Source: an uncultured Actinomycetota bacterium (GTDB taxonomy: Bacteria; Actinomycetota; Actinomycetes; Actinomycetales; Microbacteriaceae). Taken from it: a stretch of DNA of 64,000 nucleotides. Every line of letters begins with the position of its first letter. Position 1 is the first letter of the stretch. Of this stretch, positions 49,696 to 58,544 are shown one piece after another. The stretch is from positions 524,061 to 588,060 of the forward strand of contig CAVQUZ010000001.1 in NCBI GenBank assembly GCA_963716965.1, given 5' to 3'. The notes beneath the pieces are model-generated. The model saw nothing but the letters and a program-made list of their open reading frames with translations, had not been told where the DNA came from and did no database searches. The position numbers and the translations under genes are program-made.

Positions 49696-50571
49696 CTACT
49701 TCATGCCTGTGGTGGCGATGCCCTCGACGAACCGGCGCTGGACGAACAGGAACACGATCACCATCGGCAGCAGGGCCAGCAGCGAACCGGCCATGAGGAT
49801 GCCGAAGTTGGTGATGTGTTGGCCCTTGAACAGGGCGAGGCCGGCGGCCAGGGTCTCCATGTCGGTGCTGGTCGTGATGATGAGCGGCCAGATGAGGTCG
49901 TTCCAGTTCGCCAGCAGGTTGAACAGAGCGATCGTCAGGATGGCCGGCTTCGCGAGCGGCATCATCACCCGCAGCCAGATGACGAATTCGTTCGCACCGT
50001 CGATGCGGGCGGCGTCTTCGAGGTCGTTCGGCAGGCCGATGAAGAACTGCCGCATGAAGAAGATGCCGAACGCGTCAGCCGCGTGCGGCACGATCAGCCC
50101 TTGATAGGTGTTGATCCACCCGAGATCGCTCAGCTGCTGGAAGAGCGGCACCAGCGTCACCTGGAACGGCAGCATCAACGTGATCACGATGACGATGAAG
50201 ACGACGTTCTGCCCTCGGAATGTGAAGCGCGCGAGCGCATAGCCCGCCATCGAGTCGAACGTGACGGACAACGCCGTCACGACGCCCGCGTAGATGACGG
50301 TGTTCAGCAGCTGCCGGGCGAACGGGATCTGCGTCCAGATCTGTACGAAGTTGTCGAGCGTGAAGGGCACGGGCCACATCGAGAACGGGTGGCTCACGAT
50401 GTCGCCCTGTGTGCGGAACGAGGCCGTGACCAACCAGACGAACGGCAGCAACGTGACCGCTGACGCGACGACGAGGACGACGATCGCGAGGGCCGTGCCG
50501 AGCCGTCCCGGGCGGTTCAGCCGGGACACGCGGGCACGCGGGGGAGTCGACACGAGCTGGGTCGAAGCCAT
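49696..50571 (-). CDS. Carbohydrate ABC transporter permease (MalG/AraQ-like)
   Basis: 291 aa with six TMs and an EAA loop region (DLEDAARIDGANEFVIWLRVMMPLAKPA). Confidence 0.9.
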   Translation of the reverse strand: MASTQLVSTPPRARVSRLNRPGRLGTALAIVVLVVASAVTLLPFVWLVTASFRTQGDIVSHPFSMWPVPFTLDNFVQIWTQIPFARQLLNTVIYAGVVTALSVTFDSMAGYALARFTFRGQNVVFIVIVITLMLPFQVTLVPLFQQLSDLGWINTYQGLIVPHAADAFGIFFMRQFFIGLPNDLEDAARIDGANEFVIWLRVMMPLAKPAILTIALFNLLANWNDLIWPLIITTSTDMETLAAGLALFKGQHITNFGILMAGSLLALLPMVIVFLFVQRRFVEGIATTGMK

Positions 50572-51518
50572 CAGTACCGCACCGCCCGGTTCCGGAAGTA
50601 GAGCATCTGCACGAGGCTGATGACGAGAACCAGCAGGACCAGCACCCACGAGATCGCCGACGCGTACCCCATCCGGTAGTCCTGGAAGCCCATGCGGTAG
50701 ACGAGCATCACGAGCGATTCGGTCTTGAAGTAGGGACCGCCGGCCGTCAGCACATAGATGTGGTCGAACGCCTGGAAGGAGAAGATCGTCGCGATGATCA
50801 CGACGAACATCGAGGTGTTCGCGATGAGCGGGAGTGTGATCAGCCGGAACCGCTGCCAGGGACTCGCGCCGTCGATCTGCGCCGCTTCCTGGATGTCGGC
50901 GGGAACGGACTGCAATCCGGCGAGGAACATGACCATGAAGAAGCCGACGTTGCGCCAGATGCCGACGAGCATCACGGCGTAGATGGCGAGATTGGGGTCG
51001 CGGATGCCGTTGCCCGTCGGGATGCCGATCGCGTTCAGCCAGCTGATGATGATGCCGACCTGCGGATCGAGCATGAACGCCCACGCGATCGAGATGATCG
51101 CGAACGAGACGACGAACGGGAAGAAGATGATCGCCCTGAAGAAGGTGCGACCCGGCAGGCCGCGGCGATTGAGCAGGACGGCCAGCCACAGGGCGAGAAT
51201 CACCGAGACCGGCACGGTGATGAGCGCGTAGAAGAGCGTGTTGCCGATCGCGTTCAGGACAGCGGGGTCACCGATCAGCTCGACGTAGTTCGCGATGCCG
51301 ATCCAGTGGAACGAGCCGATGATGGACGAGTCGGTGAACGAGGTGTACAGCGCCCTGATCATCGGATAGATGACGAACCCGACGATGATCACGCCGCTCG
51401 GGAGCAGAAAGCCCCACGGTGCGAGACGCACGCGGCGCCTGCGCGGCCGGCTTCTGACGGGCCGAGCCGTCTCGAGACGCGGCTCGACGGGCGTCGGGGG
51501 CGATTGGATCGAGGTCAT
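50571..51518 (-). CDS. Carbohydrate ABC transporter permease (MalF/AraP-like)
   Basis: It has an EAA motif (IQEAAQIDGASPWQRFRLITLPL). The stop overlaps the next permease start. The start was chosen at MTSIQSPP. Confidence 0.85.
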   Translation of the reverse strand: MTSIQSPPTPVEPRLETARPVRSRPRRRRVRLAPWGFLLPSGVIIVGFVIYPMIRALYTSFTDSSIIGSFHWIGIANYVELIGDPAVLNAIGNTLFYALITVPVSVILALWLAVLLNRRGLPGRTFFRAIIFFPFVVSFAIISIAWAFMLDPQVGIIISWLNAIGIPTGNGIRDPNLAIYAVMLVGIWRNVGFFMVMFLAGLQSVPADIQEAAQIDGASPWQRFRLITLPLIANTSMFVVIIATIFSFQAFDHIYVLTAGGPYFKTESLVMLVYRMGFQDYRMGYASAISWVLVLLVLVISLVQMLYFRNRAVRY

Positions 51519-51629
51519 ACGTGCTTCTCCTTGCCCGGCCACACCCTGTCGCCGACGGCGGTGGTGTTCGGCGCGATCACTGAACACCACCGCCGTGGGC
51601 GGCTGCCGTTTCGACTGCTCGCGTCGGCG

Positions 51630-52889
51630 CTACTTGATGAGTGCGGCGATCTGCTTCGACGCTGCGGGGAACAGTGACGCGGCAGTGCCCTTGCCGTTCT
51701 CGATCTTCTGGATCGTCGGGAGCACGATGTTCGCGTCCATCTGCGCGAAGTTCGGCTGTGCCGGGTACGACGGGGTCGCGCCCTTGGCGTCCGCGAACGC
51801 GACCGCGGTCGGGTTCTTGGCGAGCTGCGCCGTGGTCACCGCGTTCGTGATCGGCGGCACACCGCTGCCGAGCGAGTAGATGAGCTGCGACTTGGGGCTG
51901 TCCCAGTACTGGATGAACGTCTCGGCCGCCTTCGCCTCGGCCGAGGTGGCCTTGGCGTCGATGCCGAAGTTGTCCGAGTTCAGGCTGGCTGCGTTGCCGA
52001 CGGTGCCCGCCGGCACGTTCGCGACGCCGAAGTCGACCTTCGCCTGCGTGAAGCCGGCGGACGCCCACGGTCCGTTGATGTAGAACGCCGCCTTGCCGGC
52101 GGAGAACAAGGCGTCACCCTGGACGCCGGACAGCCCGACCGGCGAGATGTGGTTCTTGATCTCGAGGCCGGCCCAGTAATCGACGGTCGAGATGCTGGCG
52201 GCCGAGTCGAGGATGGCCGTCTTGCCGTCGGACGAGATGACACCGCCACCGTTGCCCTGCATGAACGCGATCCAGGTCTCGACCGCGTTGTTGTCGGGCA
52301 GGTCGAGTCCGTAGATGCTGTTGGTGGGCTTCGCCGCGTCGTACTTCGTGATCTTCAGCGCATCGGCCGCGAGCTCGGTCTGCGTGGCGGGGGGAGTGGC
52401 GATTCCGGCCGCCGCGAGCAGCTTCTTGTTGTAGTACATCATCGACGTGCTGCCGGTCATCGGCGCCCCGTACTGCACGCCGTTGTACTTCGTGGCGTTC
52501 ACGTTCGCGGTCTTGAGGTCCGACGAGCCCGACCAGCCGCTGTAGAAGTCGCTCATGTCCTTGAGCACGCCCTTGGAGGCGTACCCGGGGAACTGCGTCA
52601 CGTCCATGCCGACGATCGTCGGGCCGCTGCCTGCTGCGTATGCGGGCAGGAGCTTCTCGTAGAGCGTGTCCCAGGGCTCGATGGTCATGTCGACCTTGAC
52701 CTTGGTCTGCGACGCGTTGAAGTTCTTGACGATCTGCTCGACGTAGGTGCGGTCGGACGCGGTGAACCCGTTCCAGAACGAGATCGTGACGGGCCCCGAC
52801 GAGCTGCCGCTGCCGCCCGAGCAGGCGGTCAAGCTGCCCGCGATCGCTGCAGCACCGATCAGCGCTGCGAAGAACTTGCGTTTCCTCAT
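51630..52889 (-). CDS. Sugar ABC transporter substrate-binding lipoprotein (family 1 SBP)
   Basis: It has a signal peptide with an LTAC lipobox and a Ser/Gly linker, then an SBP fold (VTISFWNGF ... YYNKKLLAAAG). Confidence 0.85.
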   Translation of the reverse strand: MRKRKFFAALIGAAAIAGSLTACSGGSGSSSGPVTISFWNGFTASDRTYVEQIVKNFNASQTKVKVDMTIEPWDTLYEKLLPAYAAGSGPTIVGMDVTQFPGYASKGVLKDMSDFYSGWSGSSDLKTANVNATKYNGVQYGAPMTGSTSMMYYNKKLLAAAGIATPPATQTELAADALKITKYDAAKPTNSIYGLDLPDNNAVETWIAFMQGNGGGVISSDGKTAILDSAASISTVDYWAGLEIKNHISPVGLSGVQGDALFSAGKAAFYINGPWASAGFTQAKVDFGVANVPAGTVGNAASLNSDNFGIDAKATSAEAKAAETFIQYWDSPKSQLIYSLGSGVPPITNAVTTAQLAKNPTAVAFADAKGATPSYPAQPNFAQMDANIVLPTIQKIENGKGTAASLFPAASKQIAALIK

Positions 52890-53036
52890 TGTTTGATGCC
52901 TTCCGCCATTGGAGCACTCTTGGTTGTTTCGCCGCAATCCGTCGGGGATATGCGCGCCGCGAGCCGCTGAATTCGGCTGCCGCGGCAGGTTCGCGGAGGG
53001 CCGAATCGCATCGACGCCCGCTGCTGTTCACTTCGG

Positions 53037-53048
53037 TACAACGTTGTA
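53037..53048. promoter_or_regulatory. Perfect 12-bp palindrome TACAACGTTGTA with a CG centre; candidate LacI-family operator
   Basis: It lies about 150 bp upstream of the SBP start inside a 540-bp lower-GC intergenic region. The central-CG palindrome with TnnAACGTTnnA shape fits LacI/GalR-type operators. Confidence 0.4.
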
Positions 53049-53431
53049 AATGAACGGTGCAGGGTGAAGCTACACCGCGACCTTCCTGTCGTCAAGCAGG
53101 TGCTTCTCGGGCGCGTCGCACCCGCCCCGCCCGCCGTAGGGAGTCGTTAGGGTCGACGGAATAAGGCTTTTACCAGGGAATCAACTGCTTGGTCGGATCA
53201 CGGGAACCGCATCGTGCTCGACCGCGCTGCAGTTCCGCGTCGCGATGCCGCCGTGGGCGCGCGTGCAGACTGCGCGGTGCACGGTTCTACTCGATATCCG
53301 GATCGCCCGATTAAAAGCAGAATGACCGAGAACAGGGGCGAGCAGAATATGGAGCGGAATGCCGGGCGGCGCCATCGCCGATGATGATCAGCGGTTCGCG
53401 ATGTTTTCCCGCGCCCCCCGGTCGGGGCTGG

Positions 53432-53743
53432 TCAGCCGACGTGGTGCATTCCGCTCAGGACGTGCTCGCGCACGCCGGCGAGACCGGCTCGGCGGACGAA
53501 TTCGGCCGCGTCGTCGAGGGTCTCGAACTCGTGCACCTCGAATCCGGCGTCGAATCGCATGACCTCGAAGACGCCGTCTCGCCACTCGATGTACCCGAGC
53601 ACGCGGGGATGCGCCTCTGCGCGGCCGTCGGCGATGCGCCAGCCGTGCGCGGTGACCGGGTCGAAGTCGAGGTCCTCCATCGCCGGCGGGTCGCAGGCTT
53701 CCTGTACGGGCTGCGCCACACCATGCTCTTCGATGCCGAACAT
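53432..53743 (-). CDS. Hypothetical protein (about 103 aa), no recognisable domain
   Basis: ORF MFGIEEHGVAQPVQEACDPPAMEDLDFDPVTAHGWRIADGR... Its codon usage is consistent with the genome. Coding is uncertain. Confidence 0.35.
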   Translation of the reverse strand: MFGIEEHGVAQPVQEACDPPAMEDLDFDPVTAHGWRIADGRAEAHPRVLGYIEWRDGVFEVMRFDAGFEVHEFETLDDAAEFVRRAGLAGVREHVLSGMHHVG

Positions 53744-53807
53744 GACCACTCCCTCGAACACGATCGTGCGGATGGCAGCCGGGGTCCGGGGCGACTCCCC
53801 AAGCAAA

Positions 53808-54743
53808 TCAGTCGCGTGGCGCGGGGTCCAGATCCGTCGTAGGACTTTCTACGAACTCCAAGCGATCCGGGGGTGCGAGCGCGTTCGTGCGTCTCGCGGA
53901 GAACAGGTACGAGCCGGCGAGCACGAGGGCGAATCCGGCCAGCGCCCAGGGGGTGAGCGCCTCACCGAGCAGGATCACCCCCACCAGGACGGCGACGACG
54001 GGATTGAGGTAGGTGACGGTCGTCACACGCATCGGCCCCATGGCGGCGATGAGCCGCACGAGCATGATGAACGACGCGGCGCTGCAGACGATCGCGAGCA
54101 CGGCGATGCTGCCGAGCACCGGCGCGCTCGGCCATCGCGACGGCCACGCGTGGGCGATGACGACGACCGGTGCGTACACGACGGCCGAGATCGCCAGCGA
54201 TGCGGCCGCGACGCCGACGCCCGGCGCCTCCGGCATCCAACGGGCGAGGATCGCGGGACCGACGGCGTACCCGAGTACCACGACGCCGACCTCGGCGACG
54301 GAGACGGGGTCGCTCCCGCTCACGTTCAGGCCCACGATCGCCACCACGCCGACCGTGCTGAGCGCGATACCGACCCAGTTCCTGCCCGACAGGTGCTCGC
54401 GCCGCCCGAACACCACGCCGACCGCGAGGCTCACGAGCGGGATGGCGGCGAGCATCAACCCGGCCGTCGAACTCGGCAGGTGTTGCTCGGCGGTGTTCAG
54501 GAAGAACCACGGCAGCACGATCTCGGCCGCTGAGTACGCGAGCAGCGGGCGCCAGTGGCGCAGCAGCGGCCGCAGCTCGCGCCTGCCTGCGGCGATCGGC
54601 AGCAGCACGAGCGCCGCGATCGCGGTGCGGGCCAGGACCAGCATGACGGGCTGTACCTCGCCGACGGCGATCTTGATGAGCGCGTAGGGGATGCCCCAGC
54701 TGACGCCGAGGGCGAGGAACAGGAGCACGGTACTGCGGCGCAC
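53808..54743 (-). CDS. DMT-superfamily transporter (EamA domain x2)
   Basis: 311 aa with 10 TMs and a duplicated EamA architecture (LFLALGVSWGIPYALIKIAV ... LGEALTPWALAGFALVLAGSYLF). Confidence 0.8.
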   Translation of the reverse strand: MRRSTVLLFLALGVSWGIPYALIKIAVGEVQPVMLVLARTAIAALVLLPIAAGRRELRPLLRHWRPLLAYSAAEIVLPWFFLNTAEQHLPSSTAGLMLAAIPLVSLAVGVVFGRREHLSGRNWVGIALSTVGVVAIVGLNVSGSDPVSVAEVGVVVLGYAVGPAILARWMPEAPGVGVAAASLAISAVVYAPVVVIAHAWPSRWPSAPVLGSIAVLAIVCSAASFIMLVRLIAAMGPMRVTTVTYLNPVVAVLVGVILLGEALTPWALAGFALVLAGSYLFSARRTNALAPPDRLEFVESPTTDLDPAPRD

Positions 54744-54825
54744 CGGACCATCGTGGTCGTCCGATCGCTGCCCGTCGACCGGGTGACCGAGATCGGCCGG
54801 TGATCGTCCGGAACGGGCGCGCAGG

Positions 54826-55287
54826 TCAGTGTTCGCGTTTGATGGTGAAGTACGACCCGCGGATGGTGCCGGCGAGCTTGGAGCGCTGCCTCGCGAATTT
54901 GAACTTCGTCGCGAGCTCAGCGGGCACCTCCATGCCGTCGGAGAGCTTGAACCCCACGGCGCGCTTGCCCGTGTCGTCGATCGTGTACATCACGTTGATC
55001 GACAGGCCGCTCTCGTAGAACACGTAGGCCATGCGGATGCCTTCGACCTCGAACGCGGTGGTCTCGAGCGCGGGGGAGGCGATGACGATGTCGCGCTCGG
55101 ACAGCACCTCGTTCACCCAGTCCACGGTGGCCTGCGACTCGTTGGCCGGCTCGACCGTGAAGACGTGGTCGTACTTGTTCCTGAAGTAGCGCGCCTCGTT
55201 GGCGCGGAGCCCCGCGAGTGCGTCGGCGACGGGCGACGACTCGAGGCCGACGGTCGAGACGGTGACGAAATCGACGACGTAGGACAC
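54826..55287 (-). CDS. Hypothetical protein (153 aa), lower-GC than its surroundings
   Basis: Clean ORF MSYVVDFVTVSTVGLESSPVADALAGLRANEARYFRNKYDHVFTVEP... with no motif I can place. Its GC is visibly lower than the roughly 70% background. Confidence 0.5.
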   Translation of the reverse strand: MSYVVDFVTVSTVGLESSPVADALAGLRANEARYFRNKYDHVFTVEPANESQATVDWVNEVLSERDIVIASPALETTAFEVEGIRMAYVFYESGLSINVMYTIDDTGKRAVGFKLSDGMEVPAELATKFKFARQRSKLAGTIRGSYFTIKREH

Positions 55288-55408
55288 GGGCGGGGCCTCC
55301 GGGCGGGGTGAGAGGGAGCGGTGTGCAGGCTACCCGAACGACGCGCGACCGGTCCGGAACCCCGTGGTCGTCGACGTCGCGGTACTCGAAGCTGCTGCCC
55401 GAGATGCA

Positions 55409-55684
55409 TCAGGGATGCAGCGCGGGCACGATCAGATAGACGCCGTACAGGACGACGACGCCGCTGGCGGCGAAGAGCGCGATCGCGGCGATCGTCGCGA
55501 ACGGCGAGCGCGCACCGTGTTCCACCGCATCCATCTCCTCGTCCCGGGCCTTCCCGGACGCCGCGACGTCTCGACCGGGTGTCGCGAGCAGCCGGATGCC
55601 GGCCGAGAAGCACAGCACGACGATGCACGCCGCACCGAGCGCGACCGCGAACACCGCGAGGAACGCGAGCCAGTCGATGGTCAT
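55409..55684 (-). CDS. Small two-TM membrane protein (91 aa) translationally coupled to the PiT gene
   Basis: ATG in an ATGA overlap with the pit stop. The sequence is MTIDWLAFLAVFAVALGAACIVVLCF ... AIALFAASGVVVLYGVYLIVPALHP. Confidence 0.45.
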   Translation of the reverse strand: MTIDWLAFLAVFAVALGAACIVVLCFSAGIRLLATPGRDVAASGKARDEEMDAVEHGARSPFATIAAIALFAASGVVVLYGVYLIVPALHP

Positions 55685-56925
55685 TCGCCGGCCACCCGCT
55701 TCCGCCCGCGCTGCCTGACCGCGGTGCCCGCGGCGTTGACCTCGGCCTCGAGGCTCGATGCGTCGACCCGGTCGGGCTGCGCGAGCACGAACACGACGAC
55801 CATGAAGGCGACCGCGAGGGCCGCGTCCAGCACGATGCCCACCGTGCCGACACGCGTCAACAGCGCTGCCAGCGCACCCACGATCGCCGCAGCGGGCAGC
55901 GTCAGTACCCATCCGAAGACGATGCGCCTCGCCGTGCTCCAACGCACGCTCGAGCCGCGGCGCCCCAAGCCGGCGCCGATCACCGATCCGGACGCGACAT
56001 GCGTGGTCGACAGTGCGAAGCCGACGTGGCTCGACGCGAGGATCGTCGCCGCAGTGCTCACCTCGGCGGAGAACCCCTGGGCGGGCTTCACGGCGGTGAG
56101 GCCGGTTCCCAGAGTTTTGATGATCCGCCAGCCGCCGGTGTAGGTGCCGAGTGCGATCGCGCAGGCACACGCGAGGACGACCCAGAACTCCGGGCCCGAC
56201 GCCGCGGGTTGTGCTCCGGCGGCGATCAGCGTCAGCGTGATCACCCCCATCGTCTTCTGCGCGTCGTTCGTGCCGTGCGCCAGTGCGACGAGCGAGGACG
56301 AGAACACCTGGCCGATCCGGAAGACCCGACGCCCGTCGGGGCGCCCGTCGTAGCGACGGGTCATCGCGTAGGCGATCCGGGTAGCGCAGTACGCGACCAC
56401 GCCCGCCGTGAACGGCGCGAGGACCGCGGGGATGATGATCTTGCCCAGCAGGACGCCGTAGTCGACCGCGCCGAAGCCCGCTCCGACGACCGCGGCGCCG
56501 ACGAGGCCGCCGAACAGGGCGTGGCTCGATGACGACGGCAGGCCGAAGAACCAGGTCGACAGGTTCCAGATGATGGCGCCGATCAGACCGGCGAAGACCA
56601 GCTCCGGCCCGACGTGGACGCTGGTCCCCTCCTTGAGGAGGCCGCCGGAGACGGTCTTCGCGACTTCGGTCGAGAGGAACGCCCCGACGAGGTTGAGGAC
56701 AGCGGCGACGCCGACCGCGACGCGTGGCCGCATCGCCCCGGTCGCGATCGGGGTCGCCATCGCGTTGGCGGTGTCGTGGAACCCGTTCGTGAAGTCGAAG
56801 ATCAGCGCGAGGACGACGACGGTGACGACCAGGGGAGCGACGGAGGCGATCACCGCGAGTGGTCGATCGGCGCATGCTGCGGTGGCACGGCTGCACTCTA
56901 TTGCGTCGAACGGCGCCGACCCCAT
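55681..56925 (-). CDS. pit: Inorganic phosphate transporter, PiT family
   Basis: It has the PiT signature (FDFTNGFHDTANA and the second repeat GTNDAQKTMGVITL). The exact start is uncertain, since the N-terminal 25 aa may be non-coding. Confidence 0.9.
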   Translation of the reverse strand: MGSAPFDAIECSRATAACADRPLAVIASVAPLVVTVVVLALIFDFTNGFHDTANAMATPIATGAMRPRVAVGVAAVLNLVGAFLSTEVAKTVSGGLLKEGTSVHVGPELVFAGLIGAIIWNLSTWFFGLPSSSSHALFGGLVGAAVVGAGFGAVDYGVLLGKIIIPAVLAPFTAGVVAYCATRIAYAMTRRYDGRPDGRRVFRIGQVFSSSLVALAHGTNDAQKTMGVITLTLIAAGAQPAASGPEFWVVLACACAIALGTYTGGWRIIKTLGTGLTAVKPAQGFSAEVSTAATILASSHVGFALSTTHVASGSVIGAGLGRRGSSVRWSTARRIVFGWVLTLPAAAIVGALAALLTRVGTVGIVLDAALAVAFMVVVFVLAQPDRVDASSLEAEVNAAGTAVRQRGRKRVAGE

Positions 56926-56976
56926 CCGACACCGGCGCGCAGGCGGCAGAGTGCTCGAGCGGAGTGGCGCGGGGTG

Positions 56977-57987
56977 TCAGGCCTCCCGCGTCTTCGGTGA
57001 GCTCTCGAGGGTCTTCGCCGGATCGCTGGTGACCACGCCGGCGAGCGCCGCATCGATGCGGGTCAACAGCTCGGCCGGGATCTCGACCCCGGACGCCTCG
57101 ACGTTCTCGGCGACCTGCTCGGGCCGGGACGCGCCGATGATCGCCGAAGCCACGTTGTCGTTCTGCAGCACCCATGCCACAGCGAGCTGTGCGAGCGAGA
57201 GCCCCAACTCGTCGGCGACGGGCTTCAGGTCCTGCACACTCGTGAGTACCTCGTCCCGCATCCACCGGCTGATCATGTTCGCGCCGCCCTTCGCGTCGGT
57301 GGCGCGGCTGCCTTCCGGCAGCTCGCCGCCCGGCAGGTATTTGCCGGTCAGGACGCCCTGGGCGATGGGGGACCAGACGATCTGCGAGATGCCCAGTTCC
57401 TTCGATGCGGGCACGACCTCGCCCTCGATCACGCGCCAGAGCGCGGAGTACTGCGGCTGGTTCGAGATCAGCTGGAAGCCGAGCTGCTTCGCCAGTGCGC
57501 TGCCGGCCCGCAGTTGGTCGGCGGTCCACTCGCTCACCCCGATGTAGAGGGCTTTGCCGTGTCGGACCACGTCCGCGAACGCCTGCATCGTCTCCTCCAG
57601 CGGCGTCTCGTAGTCGAAACGGTGCGCCTGGTAGAGGTCGACGTAGTCGGTCTGCAGCCGGGAGAGCGAGCCGTCGATCGACTCCATGATGTGCTTGCGG
57701 GAGAGGCCGACGTCGTTGTGGCCCTTGGGCCCGGTCGGCCCGAACACCTTCGTGAAGATCTCGATCGACTGGCGTCGCTCGCCCTTCAGGGCCTCGCCGA
57801 GCACCGTCTCCGCCGCGGTGTTCGCGTACACGTCGGCGGTGTCGAACGTGGTGATGCCTGCCTCGATCGCGGCGTGCACGCACGCGAGCGCGGCGTCGTT
57901 CTCGACCTGCGAGCCGTGCGTCAGCCAGTTGCCGTATGTGATCTCGGAGATCTTGAAGCCGGAGTCACCGAGGTAACGGAATCGCAT
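56977..57987 (-). CDS. Aldo/keto reductase (Kv-beta/Tas-like subfamily)
   Basis: MRFRYLGDSGFKISEITYGNW ... FDTADVYANTAAETVLGEAL ... IGVSEW ... IIGASRPEQVAEN. 336 aa. Confidence 0.9.
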   Translation of the reverse strand: MRFRYLGDSGFKISEITYGNWLTHGSQVENDAALACVHAAIEAGITTFDTADVYANTAAETVLGEALKGERRQSIEIFTKVFGPTGPKGHNDVGLSRKHIMESIDGSLSRLQTDYVDLYQAHRFDYETPLEETMQAFADVVRHGKALYIGVSEWTADQLRAGSALAKQLGFQLISNQPQYSALWRVIEGEVVPASKELGISQIVWSPIAQGVLTGKYLPGGELPEGSRATDAKGGANMISRWMRDEVLTSVQDLKPVADELGLSLAQLAVAWVLQNDNVASAIIGASRPEQVAENVEASGVEIPAELLTRIDAALAGVVTSDPAKTLESSPKTREA

Positions 57988-58105
57988 GCGAAGGGTCCTT
58001 TCACGGAGTCGGCGAGTACCGGCACCGATGATCGAGGCTAGCGACGACGGATGGCACGAATCTGAGCGCACGAGCGGGCGGGCGCGGTGGGGCTACCTTC
58101 TCGAC

Positions 58106-58318
58106 ATGCCTCACTACGTCACGCTTCCCGAACTCGGGCGACGCCGGATCGTGCTCGAGAACGACTCCACCGCACTCGGCGGCCGCCTCGCCGAGCAACT
58201 CCGCGACGGTGGGACGGAACCGGTGGAGTTGCGGTTCTGGGGAAACGACCTGCCCCGCTCGGTGTCGGTGCGCCCTTCGGCTCTCGCCTGGTGGGCGGTC
58301 GAGTACGAAACCGAGTAG
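58106..58318 (+). CDS. Small hypothetical protein (70 aa)
   Basis: ORF MPHYVTLPELGRRRIVLENDS... lies between the AKR gene and the tRNA. It has no RBS-like signal of note. Low confidence. Confidence 0.3.
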   Translation: MPHYVTLPELGRRRIVLENDSTALGGRLAEQLRDGGTEPVELRFWGNDLPRSVSVRPSALAWWAVEYETE

Positions 58319-58350
58319 GCGGCCGCCGCATCGGACCGGCGCTCGCTTCG

Positions 58351-58422
58351 TGGGCCCCGTCGGGCTCGAACCGACGACCCAGGGATTAAAGTCCCTTGCT
58401 CTACCAACTGAGCTAGAGGCCC
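58351..58422 (-). tRNA. tRNA-Lys(UUU)-like gene with a 6-nt anticodon loop (CTTTAA); no encoded CCA
   Basis: The minus-strand sequence GGGCCTCTAGCTCAGTTGGTAGAGCAAGGGACTTTAATCCCTGGGTCGTCGGTTCGAGCCCGACGGGGCCCA folds into a cloverleaf. It has a 7-bp acceptor stem (one G-U), D arm GCTC/GAGC, anticodon stem AGGGA/TCCCT, T arm GTCGG-TTCGAGC-CCGAC and discriminator A. Canonical Lys-UUU loops are CTTTTAA, so one T appears to be missing. Confidence 0.75.
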
Positions 58423-58544
58423 GCGAAACTACTTTATCGGTGGGTTCTTGGCCCCGAGCGGCGCTCGACACGGCACGGTTCGCGACTGCTCAGGAGATCC
58501 ACAGACGGTTCGCGTGGGTGGAAAGCCCTGCCTAGGCTGGGTCG

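Noticed and set aside
53181-53375. 64-codon ORF inside the long intergenic region upstream of the sugar operon
   Set aside because: There is no RBS, the composition is atypical, and it overlaps AT-rich promoter-like sequence. It is more likely non-coding.
55409-57883. 824-aa minus-strand ORF spanning pit and the aldo/keto reductase
   Set aside because: It is an alternative frame of the real genes. Only its last 91 codons (the small membrane protein coupled to pit) are plausible.
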